This document shows, piece after piece, positions 46,458 through 54,966 of a stretch of DNA of 64,000 bases. Origin of the DNA: Candidatus Sungiibacteriota bacterium (lineage in GTDB: Bacteria > Patescibacteriota > Minisyncoccia > Sungbacterales > JACQCQ01); contig JACQCQ010000009.1 of NCBI GenBank assembly GCA_016201505.1, positions 1,991 to 65,990 on the forward strand. The letters run 5' to 3'. The notes beneath the pieces were generated by a model. That model was not told the origin of the DNA, made no database searches, and worked only from the letters and a program-made list of their open reading frames with translations. Position numbers and translations under genes: made by a program. Every line of letters starts with the position of its first letter. Within the stretch, counting starts at the first letter, position 1.

Positions 46458-46725
46458 TGCCGCGGGTATATCTTTCTTCGACTCGCGCGGAAATCCCAGC
46501 GAGATTTTCGCGCTCAGCGCTCGCCTCACTCGTCCCTCGATTTTACTCGGGACACTATACTCGCTCGGCTCGCGATGGTCTCAGAAAGATATACCCCGTG
46601 TCGCACCGAGGAAGAAAAAGGAACAATACCAAAAAGCACCCTCGATGGGTGCGTTTTGGTAAGCAGGATAAAAAATTTGGCGCATGGGGTCTTCCCCCAT
46701 GCGCCTCTGGTCGCCGACTCCTTTC

Positions 46726-46884
46726 CTAGGCGGCCTTCGGCCGCAGATCTCGCCGAAGGAGCTCCCTTTCGAGCGGTTCGAGCTCCTCGTCGAACGCCTT
46801 CTCGAATTGCTTCAGGCTCATCTCGTCGATCCGGCCAGTGTCCAGGATGGAAAACCCATCTCCGGGATTGTCCATGATCTCCAT
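46726..46884 (-). CDS. Hypothetical 52-aa acidic protein (GC-rich islet)
   Basis: SD AGAGGAGG 7 nt upstream of the ATG. Clean helical acidic sequence MEIMDNPGDGFSILDTGRIDEMSLKQFEKAFDEELEPLERELLRRDLRPKAA. The larger competing ORFs here are Arg-rich frame shadows. Confidence 0.3.
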   Translation of the reverse strand: MEIMDNPGDGFSILDTGRIDEMSLKQFEKAFDEELEPLERELLRRDLRPKAA

Positions 46885-46988
46885 GTGCCGGCCTCCTCTG
46901 GGTCAGTAACTCATTCAATATACCGACAGAAATAGCTTGTCAATTTCAGGTTTAAATCGAGCCTATCCAGCCTTGCGCGCTCGGGACG

Positions 46989-47645
46989 TTGGCATATAGT
47001 GAAGATGCTATGGAACTTGTCTTAGAAAAACTTTTCGAGTCGAAGGCAAAAGTCAGAATTTTGCGCTTATTTTTAAGGAATCCGGCCAGTCATTTTTCGC
47101 TCGATCAAGTCTCGCGTCTGGTGGGATTGAAAGAAGAAGAAACGGCAAAAGAAATTTCAAAATTTTTGCAGCTTGGCATTTTAAAATGGCGCACGACGCA
47201 AGTCGTCGTTTCGGAACTTTCCGGCAAAGGCAAAATGAAAAAATTGCGCATGCGCCAAAAAACGGTCAGAGTTTTTATCGCCGATGAGAACTTTTATTTT
47301 TTCAAGGAACTGCAGGCCTTAATTCTGCGCCAGGTGCCGGAGTCGCGTCATCGGCTGGTTTCAAAAATCAAAAAACTGGGCCGCGTGAAGCTGGCCATCG
47401 CGACCGGCGCTTTCGTCAATAATGATTCGGCGCGGGTTGATCTTTTAATCGTGGGTGACTCTATCAATCGCCGCAGGCTCGAGAACATGCTGCATACCTG
47501 GGAGGCCAACGCCGGCAAAGAACTGACTTATGCCCTGATGACGACTGAAGAGTTTAAATATCGCGTGGATATGTTTGACCGGTTTACCCGCGACATTCTT
47601 GAAACTTCGCATGATAAGTTGATCAATGCGCTGAATGTGAGTTAG
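46989..47645 (+). CDS. Hypothetical protein (possible wHTH N-terminus)
   Basis: Coding-like composition; no confident motif. Confidence 0.45.
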   Translation: MAYSEDAMELVLEKLFESKAKVRILRLFLRNPASHFSLDQVSRLVGLKEEETAKEISKFLQLGILKWRTTQVVVSELSGKGKMKKLRMRQKTVRVFIADENFYFFKELQALILRQVPESRHRLVSKIKKLGRVKLAIATGAFVNNDSARVDLLIVGDSINRRRLENMLHTWEANAGKELTYALMTTEEFKYRVDMFDRFTRDILETSHDKLINALNVS

Positions 47646-47761
47646 GAAATGGGAAATTGGAAATAGTGAATAGACGCTTGAACCAAAAAGTCGCCTCGAC
47701 TTCCGCCAGCCGGCGGATCGCGGACGATTTTTTGCTACTATCACTTCGTGACAGATCATCT

Positions 47762-47800
47762 GCGCGCATAGCTTGGTGGCAGAGCGTTCGATTTCGCGGA
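47762..47800 (+). pseudogene. Mini pseudo-tRNA (tRNA-Val-like acceptor plus D-arm joined directly to a T-loop)
   Basis: gcgcgcatagcttggtggcagagcg|ttcgatttcgcgga; the D-arm is nearly identical to that of the neighbouring tRNA-Val. Confidence 0.35.
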
Positions 47801-47834
47801 CACTTAGTTCAGTGGTAGAACGTCGCATTCATTC
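47798..47834 (+). other. 5' half of a split tRNA (acceptor, D-arm, anticodon stem tcgca and loop ttCATtc; anticodon CAT)
   Basis: Pairs with the 3' half at 47949-47983: anticodon stem tcgca/tgcga is perfect and acceptor ggacact/agcgtcc matches 6 of 7. Confidence 0.4.
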
Positions 47835-47851
47835 ATCCCATTAGATTTCCT

Positions 47852-47923
47852 GGGTGATTAGCTCAGTGGCAGAGCGTTGCATTCACATTGCAAAGGCCAC
47901 AGGTTCGATACCTGTATCACCCA
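47852..47923 (+). tRNA. tRNA-Val (anticodon CAC)
   Basis: gggtgattagctcagtggcagagcg-ttgca-ttCACat-tgcaa-aggcc-acaggttcgatacctgt-atcaccc-a. Confidence 0.8.
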
Positions 47924-47948
47924 CTCAAATAAATCTAACGGGACAAGT

Positions 47949-47983
47949 TGCGAAGGCCGCTGGTTCGATCCCAGCAGCGTCCA
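47949..47983 (+). other. 3' half of the split tRNA (anticodon stem 3' strand, variable loop, T-arm, acceptor 3' strand)
   Basis: tgcga-aggcc-gctggttcgatcccagc-agcgtcc-a. Confidence 0.4.
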
Positions 47984-48065
47984 TCGCTGGAAACACTCTG
48001 GCAAAACGCCGAAGAGACGAAATCAAAAAGAATGAATTGAAATTAGTCTCGTCTTAGACCTCATA

Positions 48066-48098
48066 CCGATATTGTACTATAGGGTAATATAGGTATAT
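48066..48098. repeat. Third copy of the attgtactataggg... motif
   Basis: cataccgatattgtactatagggtaatataggtat matches the RC of 38824-38851 at 22 of 23 positions. Confidence 0.5.
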
Positions 48099-48196
48099 TT
48101 CTATCCGCGCTCCAATTTCTGCCAACTGGCGGATCGCGAATCGATTCCGACTAAAAAAGAACGGCCCGCATGAACTTCATGGTTCATGCGGGTCTA

Positions 48197-48430
48197 TTAG
48201 GTCCCCGCTGCTTCTGCAAAAATCCAGACCTCGTCCTCCGAGCGCAGATCTTTCGGAAGCCGCGCCGGTATCCGGCCGCGATGGATAAAGTCGCACATCA
48301 GCCGATTGCCTTCGGCCCAGTTTGCTCCCAGCCCAGAGTGGTGGTACGGACAGAGCGCCTCCTCACCCTCCTCACCCTCCTCACTTCTCGTCGCGGTTAT
48401 TTCCGCGCCGCAGTAGCTACAGCGTGGCAT
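48197..48430 (-). CDS. Hypothetical zinc-ribbon protein (GC-rich islet)
   Basis: SD TAGGAGGT upstream. CxxC...CPYHH. Contains an internal 9-bp tandem repeat (cctcaccct) x2.5 encoding EEGEEGEE. Confidence 0.4.
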   Translation of the reverse strand: MPRCSYCGAEITATRSEEGEEGEEALCPYHHSGLGANWAEGNRLMCDFIHRGRIPARLPKDLRSEDEVWIFAEAAGT

Positions 48431-48593
48431 AGGAAGGACCTCCTATCTTTTTTGTATTCTTCAATCTAAATCAGGTCAAGCTCGCGGGTAGAGGAAAACT
48501 TTTATAGTTGTTCATTTTGTCTCATAAGATTCTATAGGACATTATATAAAATCTAAAGGACATCAGAGACAGTCTCATAGATGTCCTTTAGAT

Positions 48594-48610
48594 GTAACAC
48601 GTAAAACTTT
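48594..48610. repeat. Left 17-bp inverted repeat GTAACACGTAAAACTTT abutting the homing-endonuclease stop codon
   Basis: Perfect reverse complement of 49028-49044. Confidence 0.8.
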
Positions 48611-49027
48611 CTAGTAAAGGTCTGGGAACTTGAGCCTAAAGGCATCATGGAAAAATCGATATGAGGGGTTAGTAGCACTGGATTTGAATTGCTTGAACCA
48701 CCATTGGAATTGACGTTTTTTATAACCTGAAAGTTTTGGCCACAATAGAGGTATCACGATATTTTTAAGGCTGCCGATGTTTCGTACAATTAGCATCGCA
48801 TAATGGCGGCCTCCATGATGATATTCGTATACCTTTTCTGACGTTAGGCCAAGAGAGTCTCGTACATCCATAACAAGGTTATAATCCCGGATAGGCATTT
48901 TTAAGCAAAATACAGGCCGCTTATACCCGTCGCCAGCCATAGTCCAATAAAAAGTCCCTTCGCCCACTACGAGTCCAGCAACAAAATCCAAGCTCAAGGT
49001 TTCACGTGTTACGCCAATTTCAGTCAT
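48611..49027 (-). CDS. Free-standing LAGLIDADG homing endonuclease (single-motif, I-CreI-like)
   Basis: LDFVAGLVVGEGTF LAGLIDADG motif; 138 aa; markedly AT-rich compared with its flanks. Confidence 0.7.
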   Translation of the reverse strand: MTEIGVTRETLSLDFVAGLVVGEGTFYWTMAGDGYKRPVFCLKMPIRDYNLVMDVRDSLGLTSEKVYEYHHGGRHYAMLIVRNIGSLKNIVIPLLWPKLSGYKKRQFQWWFKQFKSSATNPSYRFFHDAFRLKFPDLY

Positions 49028-49044
49028 AAAGTTTTACGTGTTAC
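49028..49044. repeat. Right 17-bp inverted repeat AAAGTTTTACGTGTTAC abutting the homing-endonuclease start codon
   Basis: Perfect reverse complement of 48594-48610. Confidence 0.8.
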
Positions 49045-49091
49045 ATTGAAAGTGTGTACGGGTACTACAATTATACAAGTTTCACAAAATA

Positions 49092-49481
49092 ATGTCATTA
49101 TCTAACGCTCAAATAGCCCAGGCTGGAGAGGACGCAGCCGCCGATCTGCTCAAACAGAAGGGCTACGCTATTATTACCAGAAACTATGATCTGCCGATGG
49201 GCGAGATTGATATTGTGGCCCAAAGGAGGGGGAAACTTCGGTTCATTGAGGTAAAAGCCAGCCTTGATACATATCGGGACGTTTTTAGCCCAGAGGAGCG
49301 GGTGGATAGGCGAAAGAGGCAAAGGTTGCAGGGACTTTGTGAACTGTACTGCCTGCGGGAGGGGATTAAGCCTGGAACTGACTGGCAGATTGATATCATA
49401 GGCGTAACACTCGACACGGAGGGGAAAACCCAGCATATTGAACATATCGAAAATGCAGTTTGGGACTATAGGGGGGTGTAA
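49092..49481 (+). CDS. YraN-family (UPF0102) PD-(D/E)xK endonuclease-like protein
   Basis: GEDAAADLLKQKGYAII..GEIDIVA..LRFIEVKAS pattern of the UPF0102 family. Confidence 0.7.
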   Translation: MSLSNAQIAQAGEDAAADLLKQKGYAIITRNYDLPMGEIDIVAQRRGKLRFIEVKASLDTYRDVFSPEERVDRRKRQRLQGLCELYCLREGIKPGTDWQIDIIGVTLDTEGKTQHIEHIENAVWDYRGV

Positions 49482-49522
49482 ATCCAGATTAGGCTAGATG
49501 GTTTTGATTAAAATTTAGAAAT

Positions 49523-49585
49523 GACCCGCCATAGCTCGGCTCGGCTGAATGGATTTCGCCCGCCGAAGCCGAGCTATGGCGAGGC
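49523..49585 (+). other. Long imperfect hairpin (18-bp stem) preceding tRNA-Pro
   Basis: cgccatagctcggctcggc ... gccgaagccgagctatggcg. Confidence 0.5.
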
Positions 49586-49590
49586 GAAGG

Positions 49591-49661
49591 CGGGCTGTAG
49601 TATACCGGTAGTACGCGTGCTTTGGGAGCATGTAGACTGGGTTCAATTCCCAGCAGCCCGA
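49591..49661 (+). tRNA. tRNA-Pro (anticodon TGG), C1:G72 acceptor pair
   Basis: cgggctg acceptor, anticodon loop ttTGGga (G37), T-loop ttcaatt. Confidence 0.8.
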
Positions 49662-49887
49662 TTGTAAGGATTTCTAACGGGATGAAGGAGCACGTAGTCC
49701 AAGTTCTTCGCCAGCCGGCGGATCGATAGCCCAACTAGAAAAGTCTATAAAGTCTATCTATATAAGAATTTACCCCTGCGTCCTAGGAGGACGCAGGGGG
49801 CATTGGCCGTTGTTTCACTTCAGTATCTCTTCCAGTCGGCCGATGAGGTAGACAGCGCAGTTTGGGTTATATCCCGACTGATTAAAC

Positions 49888-50594
49888 TCATCGACCATGC
49901 TCTTGATTTTCATGAGCTTGGTGTCTTCGGCTGGTTGGCGGTGCTTCCGGCGCCGGCTCCACCATAGGTGGTGGTAGCGCCTGAGGCGGCTCCTCAACCA
50001 CCAGCTCCCAGCGCTCGTTTCGCTTGACGCTCCTTGTGCGTCGAAAGCGACTGGGGTAGGCGGTGAGGACTCTGCCGATGGCCTGATGGGCATTCTCTGG
50101 CCAGCCCGCGAGCTTCAAGATCTCCGAGCGAGTTAGGGGTTTATCTGCCTCGCGCATGATGCGCTCGACGATCGGCAGCCGCTCCTCAACCCTCACAATC
50201 GACTTGGGTAGAGCTTCACTCATGGATTTCGTCTCCTCTTGGCAACTTAACCTCCACCGCTCGGCCTCGCTTTGATTCCATGCTTCCAAGTCCTCGCGTG
50301 TGCCCGGCGCGGCTCTTTGCAGCTGATCGGGCCTCTGCGCGAGCTGTGATTTAGCTGGTGCTCCGCTCGTGGGCTTGCCGCCTCGCTTTTCGGGGGGCCT
50401 TATCAGACCCTCTTCAAGCGCCATGCGGTTTGCTAGAACTTCATAGTTTCGGAAAGCCCTTGTGCCGCTAAGATTGCTCGGTACAGGCAGAACCTTATTT
50501 CCGATCTGCCATCGGCGGTGTTTCCTCCCTGGGGCGATCTCCTTCGCTCCCAGTGAGCGAAGGAACTTAAAGAAGTCCGATATCTCGCTCACAC
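49888..50594 (-). CDS. Hypothetical protein (GC-rich islet), possible HTH
   Basis: GTG start with SD AAGGAGGTG upstream; a second internal SD+ATG sits at 50223; Arg/Pro/Glu-rich. Confidence 0.4.
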
Positions 50595-50726
50595 CACCCA
50601 CCTCCTTTCTTTTGCGGTAGGTATTAAGCTGTACAATTATGGCAATTTTTATCTTTTTATCAATAGAATTCGTAGAAGATTGCTTTTTCACTCTATTTCT
50701 TACAAAATATTTGAGTACTCAAAATT

Positions 50727-50797
50727 GCGGGTATCGTATAGTGGCAATACCACAGGTTTCCAACCTGTTGCCAGGGGTTCGATTCCCCTTACCCGCT
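50727..50797 (+). tRNA. tRNA-Gly (anticodon TCC)
   Basis: gcgggta acceptor, anticodon loop ttTCCaa, T-loop ttcgatt. Confidence 0.85.
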
Positions 50798-51071
50798 CAA
50801 GTATTAGAAAAAGTAAGAGCTCTCGTAAGAGAGCTCTTACTTTTTCTGTTTGTGATAGTCGGGGAATCGCAGGGTATTTCAAAAACTAAATTGTTTATAT
50901 TTTAAAAACCCGGGCCTGGAAGAGCCGCGGAGCCTGCGCATTCTTACACGCGCGAAGCAGCGGAGGAGAGGATTCCTCTTACCCCATATTTTTTTATCTC
51001 TTCTTACTGACTGACCCGATTTCGGTCCTGCGATGTAGTCATCTGCAACTTTAGCGATACTCAACGCTTTT

Positions 51072-53129
51072 TTGTGCTATAATTCCTACATGTTCAGGAA
51101 AGTATCAGTCGGTATCGTTATTAGTTTTGCTTTGGCTACGCCTTTAATGAGTTGGGGACAAAACAATCCGCCAACTTCAAATTTGCAGGCACTCATAGAG
51201 CAACTTCAGACACAGATAAAAACTCTGCGGGGGCAGGTAGTATCACTTCAGGCACAGCTTGAAACCACCAAAAAAGAAGTGGCCGAGGTGAAAGAAGAAC
51301 TCAAAATCACTCGCTCACTTCAGAGAGGAGTAAGCGGCGATGAAGTAAAGAAACTTCAAGAATTCCTGAAGAAGTTCCCGGACATTTATCCGGAGGGATT
51401 AGTGACCGGTTACTTCGGCCCCCTGACTGAGGCGGCAGTGAAAAAACTGCAAGAGAAACAAGGCATAGAGGCTATTGGCATTGTCGGCCCAAAAACTGCC
51501 ATAAAGATCAACGAACTCCTGACTCAAGGTGCTGGCGCTTCGGGTATTGTCCCGCCCGGACTCACTACTGCCCCCGGAATTCAGCAGAAGTTGGGTGAAA
51601 CGACAACCACCATCCCACCGACAGCCACCACTACAACTTCAACTTCAACTTCTACTCCACCCACGGCAATCGCAACTACTACTCTCGCTGTTACCCCAAA
51701 CACAGGCAGTTCTGCTGTGCCGCCTCCGGTGACTGCTTCGCCGCCGACTACCACGAGCACTACTGCCACCACGTCTACCAACGCGACATCGGACACAACG
51801 TCTCCCTCTGTGCCCACCAATTTGAGCGCATCCGCTGTTTCAACCAGCCAGATAAATCTTTCGTGGCTTAACTCTACGGATAATGTTGGGGTATCGGGAT
51901 ACAAAATTTATCGAAGCGGCGCGCAAATAGCGACCGCCGTTGCATCTACGTCAGCCACAGCAACCGCCGCCTATTCAGATACCGGCCTCCAAGCTTCCAC
52001 TGCGTATACCTATGCCGTCGCTGCCTATGACGCAACGGGAAATAATAGTGCTCAGTCAGCGAGTGCGAGTGCGACAACGCAGTCGCCGCCACCTGCTTAC
52101 AATACACCCCCCGTCATCTCATCTGTTGCGGTGTCTTCGATTACCTCAAATTCAGCCATGATTAGCTGGATAACCGATGTACCCGCTACTGGATTTGTAA
52201 ACTATGGCACACCGACTATCGGGATAGTTACTCCAGAAAATACTTCCTATCTTACGTCACATTCTTTTACCATCTCAAACTTAGCGGCCAGCGCGCTTTA
52301 TAATTTTAGAGTTTATTCTCATAATGCGTATGGAGATCAAACCGATTTGGTCAGTGGCTATCCGCCCAATCGTACTTTCACAACTTTGAGCGGTCCTCCA
52401 TCTTGTTCAAGTATAAATGTAACCCTTAACGATGGTAAAACCACCTATATCAAAGGCGTAGATAATTTTGTGAATTATACTTGGACATGCGCTCCCGGTG
52501 GTTCAGCTGATGTAAATGTCGGGATTCAAAAACCGGGAGGCTGGATATCTCTTAATACAACCACGAATAGTCCAACACAAACTTTGTTTATTGATATTTC
52601 TAGTGATAGCTACCCGATAGGAACATACCGGTTAGAGGCCTGCTTCAATGTTTGCGGAAGTATTGTCGCCGGACAGACATTTAGTATTTCATCTCCGCCG
52701 GTCGACACCACACCGCCTGTCATTTCTTCACTTAGAGTGGATGTCGCTTATAGTTCTGCCATGGCCTCATGGACTGCCCTTCCTGTCTGGATTACAGATG
52801 AACCTTCTACATCACAGGTAGAGTTTGGATTAACATCTTCCTATGGCACTATAACCCCGCTTGATTCGTCCGGAGCCTTTCTGCGTACGGTGCATTCCAT
52901 TATTCTTTCCCCGGAATACGGATATAACCTCACCAGCAACACGACTTACCATTACAGAATGATATCAAAAGATGCTCAGTGGAATTCTGCTGTCAGCGGC
53001 GATTATACATTTACGACCGCCTCATCTACCACCTCTGCAGATTTTACTCATTCTAATTTAGCTTCTATTTTTGAATCTTTGCGATCTTTAGCCCTAATAC
53101 TTCAAAAACTTCAGAGCTTATTTCATTAG
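51072..53129 (+). CDS. Large secreted surface protein: coiled coil, peptidoglycan-binding (PG_binding_1-like) domain, Thr/Ser/Pro-rich linker, fibronectin-III-like domains
   Basis: Signal peptide. GVSGDEVKKLQEFL...LVTGYFGPLTEAAVKKLQEKQG (PG-binding-like). Linker TTTTSTSTSTPPT. FN3-like SPSVPTNLSASAVSTSQINLSWL..GVSGYKIYRSG. Confidence 0.65.
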   Translation: MCYNSYMFRKVSVGIVISFALATPLMSWGQNNPPTSNLQALIEQLQTQIKTLRGQVVSLQAQLETTKKEVAEVKEELKITRSLQRGVSGDEVKKLQEFLKKFPDIYPEGLVTGYFGPLTEAAVKKLQEKQGIEAIGIVGPKTAIKINELLTQGAGASGIVPPGLTTAPGIQQKLGETTTTIPPTATTTTSTSTSTPPTAIATTTLAVTPNTGSSAVPPPVTASPPTTTSTTATTSTNATSDTTSPSVPTNLSASAVSTSQINLSWLNSTDNVGVSGYKIYRSGAQIATAVASTSATATAAYSDTGLQASTAYTYAVAAYDATGNNSAQSASASATTQSPPPAYNTPPVISSVAVSSITSNSAMISWITDVPATGFVNYGTPTIGIVTPENTSYLTSHSFTISNLAASALYNFRVYSHNAYGDQTDLVSGYPPNRTFTTLSGPPSCSSINVTLNDGKTTYIKGVDNFVNYTWTCAPGGSADVNVGIQKPGGWISLNTTTNSPTQTLFIDISSDSYPIGTYRLEACFNVCGSIVAGQTFSISSPPVDTTPPVISSLRVDVAYSSAMASWTALPVWITDEPSTSQVEFGLTSSYGTITPLDSSGAFLRTVHSIILSPEYGYNLTSNTTYHYRMISKDAQWNSAVSGDYTFTTASSTTSADFTHSNLASIFESLRSLALILQKLQSLFH

Positions 53130-53324
53130 TCCTAAAGCCAAATGAAATATCAAAGACCAAGATGGAGGGTAGACGATGATGGGGCTACGCAAAATTCGGA
53201 ATTAGGCTTTATCTGTTAGACTGAAAATAGGTTCTCGCGTAATTCACTAACCCGCTCAAATTTCATTTAAATAATTTAAAATAGGAATCGGAGCGAGGCT
53301 CGCCCGTAGGGCGGCTCGTTCAAG

Positions 53325-53363
53325 AAAATCAAAATCCCGGATAAACTCCGGGATTTTGATTTT
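53325..53363. terminator. Bidirectional terminator (perfect 17-bp hairpin aaaatcaaaatcccgga/tccgggattttgatttt)
   Basis: Between the convergent 51072..53129 (+) and hup (-) genes. Confidence 0.7.
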
Positions 53364-53415
53364 AGTAATTTATCTAACTGCTGGCTGTGAGGTTACCTGA
53401 CCGTTTGTAGTGAGC

Positions 53416-53688
53416 TTACCGAACTGCTTCTTTTAAAACTTTGCCGGCGCGGAATTTCGGCGTCGTGGTGGCTTTAATCTGAATCTTCTCGCCGGTGCGC
53501 GGATTGACACCCTGGCGTGCGGCCCGTTTCCTTACAATGAACGTGCCAAAACCCGAGATCGAAACTTCTTGGCCTTTTGAAAGTCCATTGGTGATGCTTC
53601 CAAATACTACTTCGACGGCCTCCTCGGCTGACTTTTTGGTGCCTTGGAGTTTTCCGTGCACCGCCTCAATAATGTCTGCTTTGTTCAT
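53416..53688 (-). CDS. hup: DNA-binding protein HU
   Basis: MNKADIIEAV..., GFGTF..R.ARQGVNPRTGEKIQI arm. Confidence 0.85.
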   Translation of the reverse strand: MNKADIIEAVHGKLQGTKKSAEEAVEVVFGSITNGLSKGQEVSISGFGTFIVRKRAARQGVNPRTGEKIQIKATTTPKFRAGKVLKEAVR

Positions 53689-54032
53689 GAGTATGTTTTT
53701 TCCTTGAAGTGTTCGACCTTTTTACCTAGTTGTGATCCTAATAATCCGGATGCATCCGAATGACCCGAAACAATCTGAAGTAACAAATTACTTCATCCAT
53801 CTCCATCGTATTTTTGGTCTGCGGAACATTCGCGAGCTATGCGGGATGTTCGGATCGGCACGTGAACTACTCAACTATTGTAGATGAGGCCGCGATTATT
53901 ACGCAAGGCCCGTTACTCGGTAGACTTTTAGAAAAAATATGTCGCTGTGATTAACTTTTTATTTTCGTGAGGACCGAGTAACGGGCCAAGCCCGCCTAAA
54001 TTTTGCTATATAAAACTTGGCCGGGCAAGGGC

Positions 54033-54845
54033 TTAGGTTTGGAGAATCGGTTGATTTAAAATTTGTCGCAGTCGGATTATTTCCGTACTTTTTCCAGTCG
54101 TTTCATCGATAGTGACGAGAATAGCATTGACCTCATAGGGCGGGGCTTCGGCAATGTCCGGCTTTACCTGTTCCTGCCGCACCAAGATACCAAGTCTCGG
54201 GTCAATGGCCTCGCCAATGATGGAATTATGTGGTCCGGTCATGCCAATGTCCGATATGCAGGCTGTTCCATAGGACAAAATGCGCTCATCAGCCGTAGCA
54301 ATATGGGTATGTGTCCCATAGACGCATGAAACTTTGCCGTTGAGCCACCAGCCCATAGCCATCTTTTCGGAGGTCGTATCGGCATGCCAATCAACGATGA
54401 TAATCTTAGTTTTTTGATTTTCGGAGTTCTCTGTTAAAACTTTTTCAATCGCGGCGTAGGGCGAATCATAATGGGTTCGCATGTGCGTTTGGGCTATCGC
54501 ATTGATAATTAAAATCTCTTGCCCCTTTTTTACGAGCCTCAAAAGTCCACGTCCTGGATGAGACGCGATAAAATTTATGGGGCGCGTGAGCGGAAGTTTT
54601 GGGTCATCGAGTAACTCACCCGCATTTTTTCCTTCGAGTGAATGATTGCCGCCAGTGATGACATCAACGCCGGCATCCAACATTTCGCGGACGGTGATTT
54701 CAGAAATGCCTTTGCCGTGTGAAAGATTTTCTCCGTTCGCCATTATTAAATCGGCAGAATATTCTTCTTTCCATTTCGGCGCGATATATTTGATGGCTTC
54801 TCTGCCCGGCCGCCCGAAAATGTCGCCGAAAATTAACAATTTCAT
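54033..54845 (-). CDS. ymdB: YmdB-like TIGR00282-family metallophosphoesterase (2',3'-cyclic-nucleotide phosphodiesterase)
   Basis: MKLLIFGDIFGRPGR N-terminus, GNH, and conserved His/Asp motifs. Confidence 0.75.
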   Translation of the reverse strand: MKLLIFGDIFGRPGREAIKYIAPKWKEEYSADLIMANGENLSHGKGISEITVREMLDAGVDVITGGNHSLEGKNAGELLDDPKLPLTRPINFIASHPGRGLLRLVKKGQEILIINAIAQTHMRTHYDSPYAAIEKVLTENSENQKTKIIIVDWHADTTSEKMAMGWWLNGKVSCVYGTHTHIATADERILSYGTACISDIGMTGPHNSIIGEAIDPRLGILVRQEQVKPDIAEAPPYEVNAILVTIDETTGKSTEIIRLRQILNQPILQT

Positions 54846-54966
54846 AGTTACAAATTCTAAATCAGAATATCGAAATCCGAAACAATATCAAAAATCAAAA
54901 TCAAAAAACTGGTGAAACGTTTAGATATCGGAATTTGTTTCTAGTTTCGTATTTCATGCTTCGGGT

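Noticed and set aside
47854-48057. Plus-strand 67-aa ORF
   Set aside because: A translation of the tRNA-Val / tRNA-fragment array.
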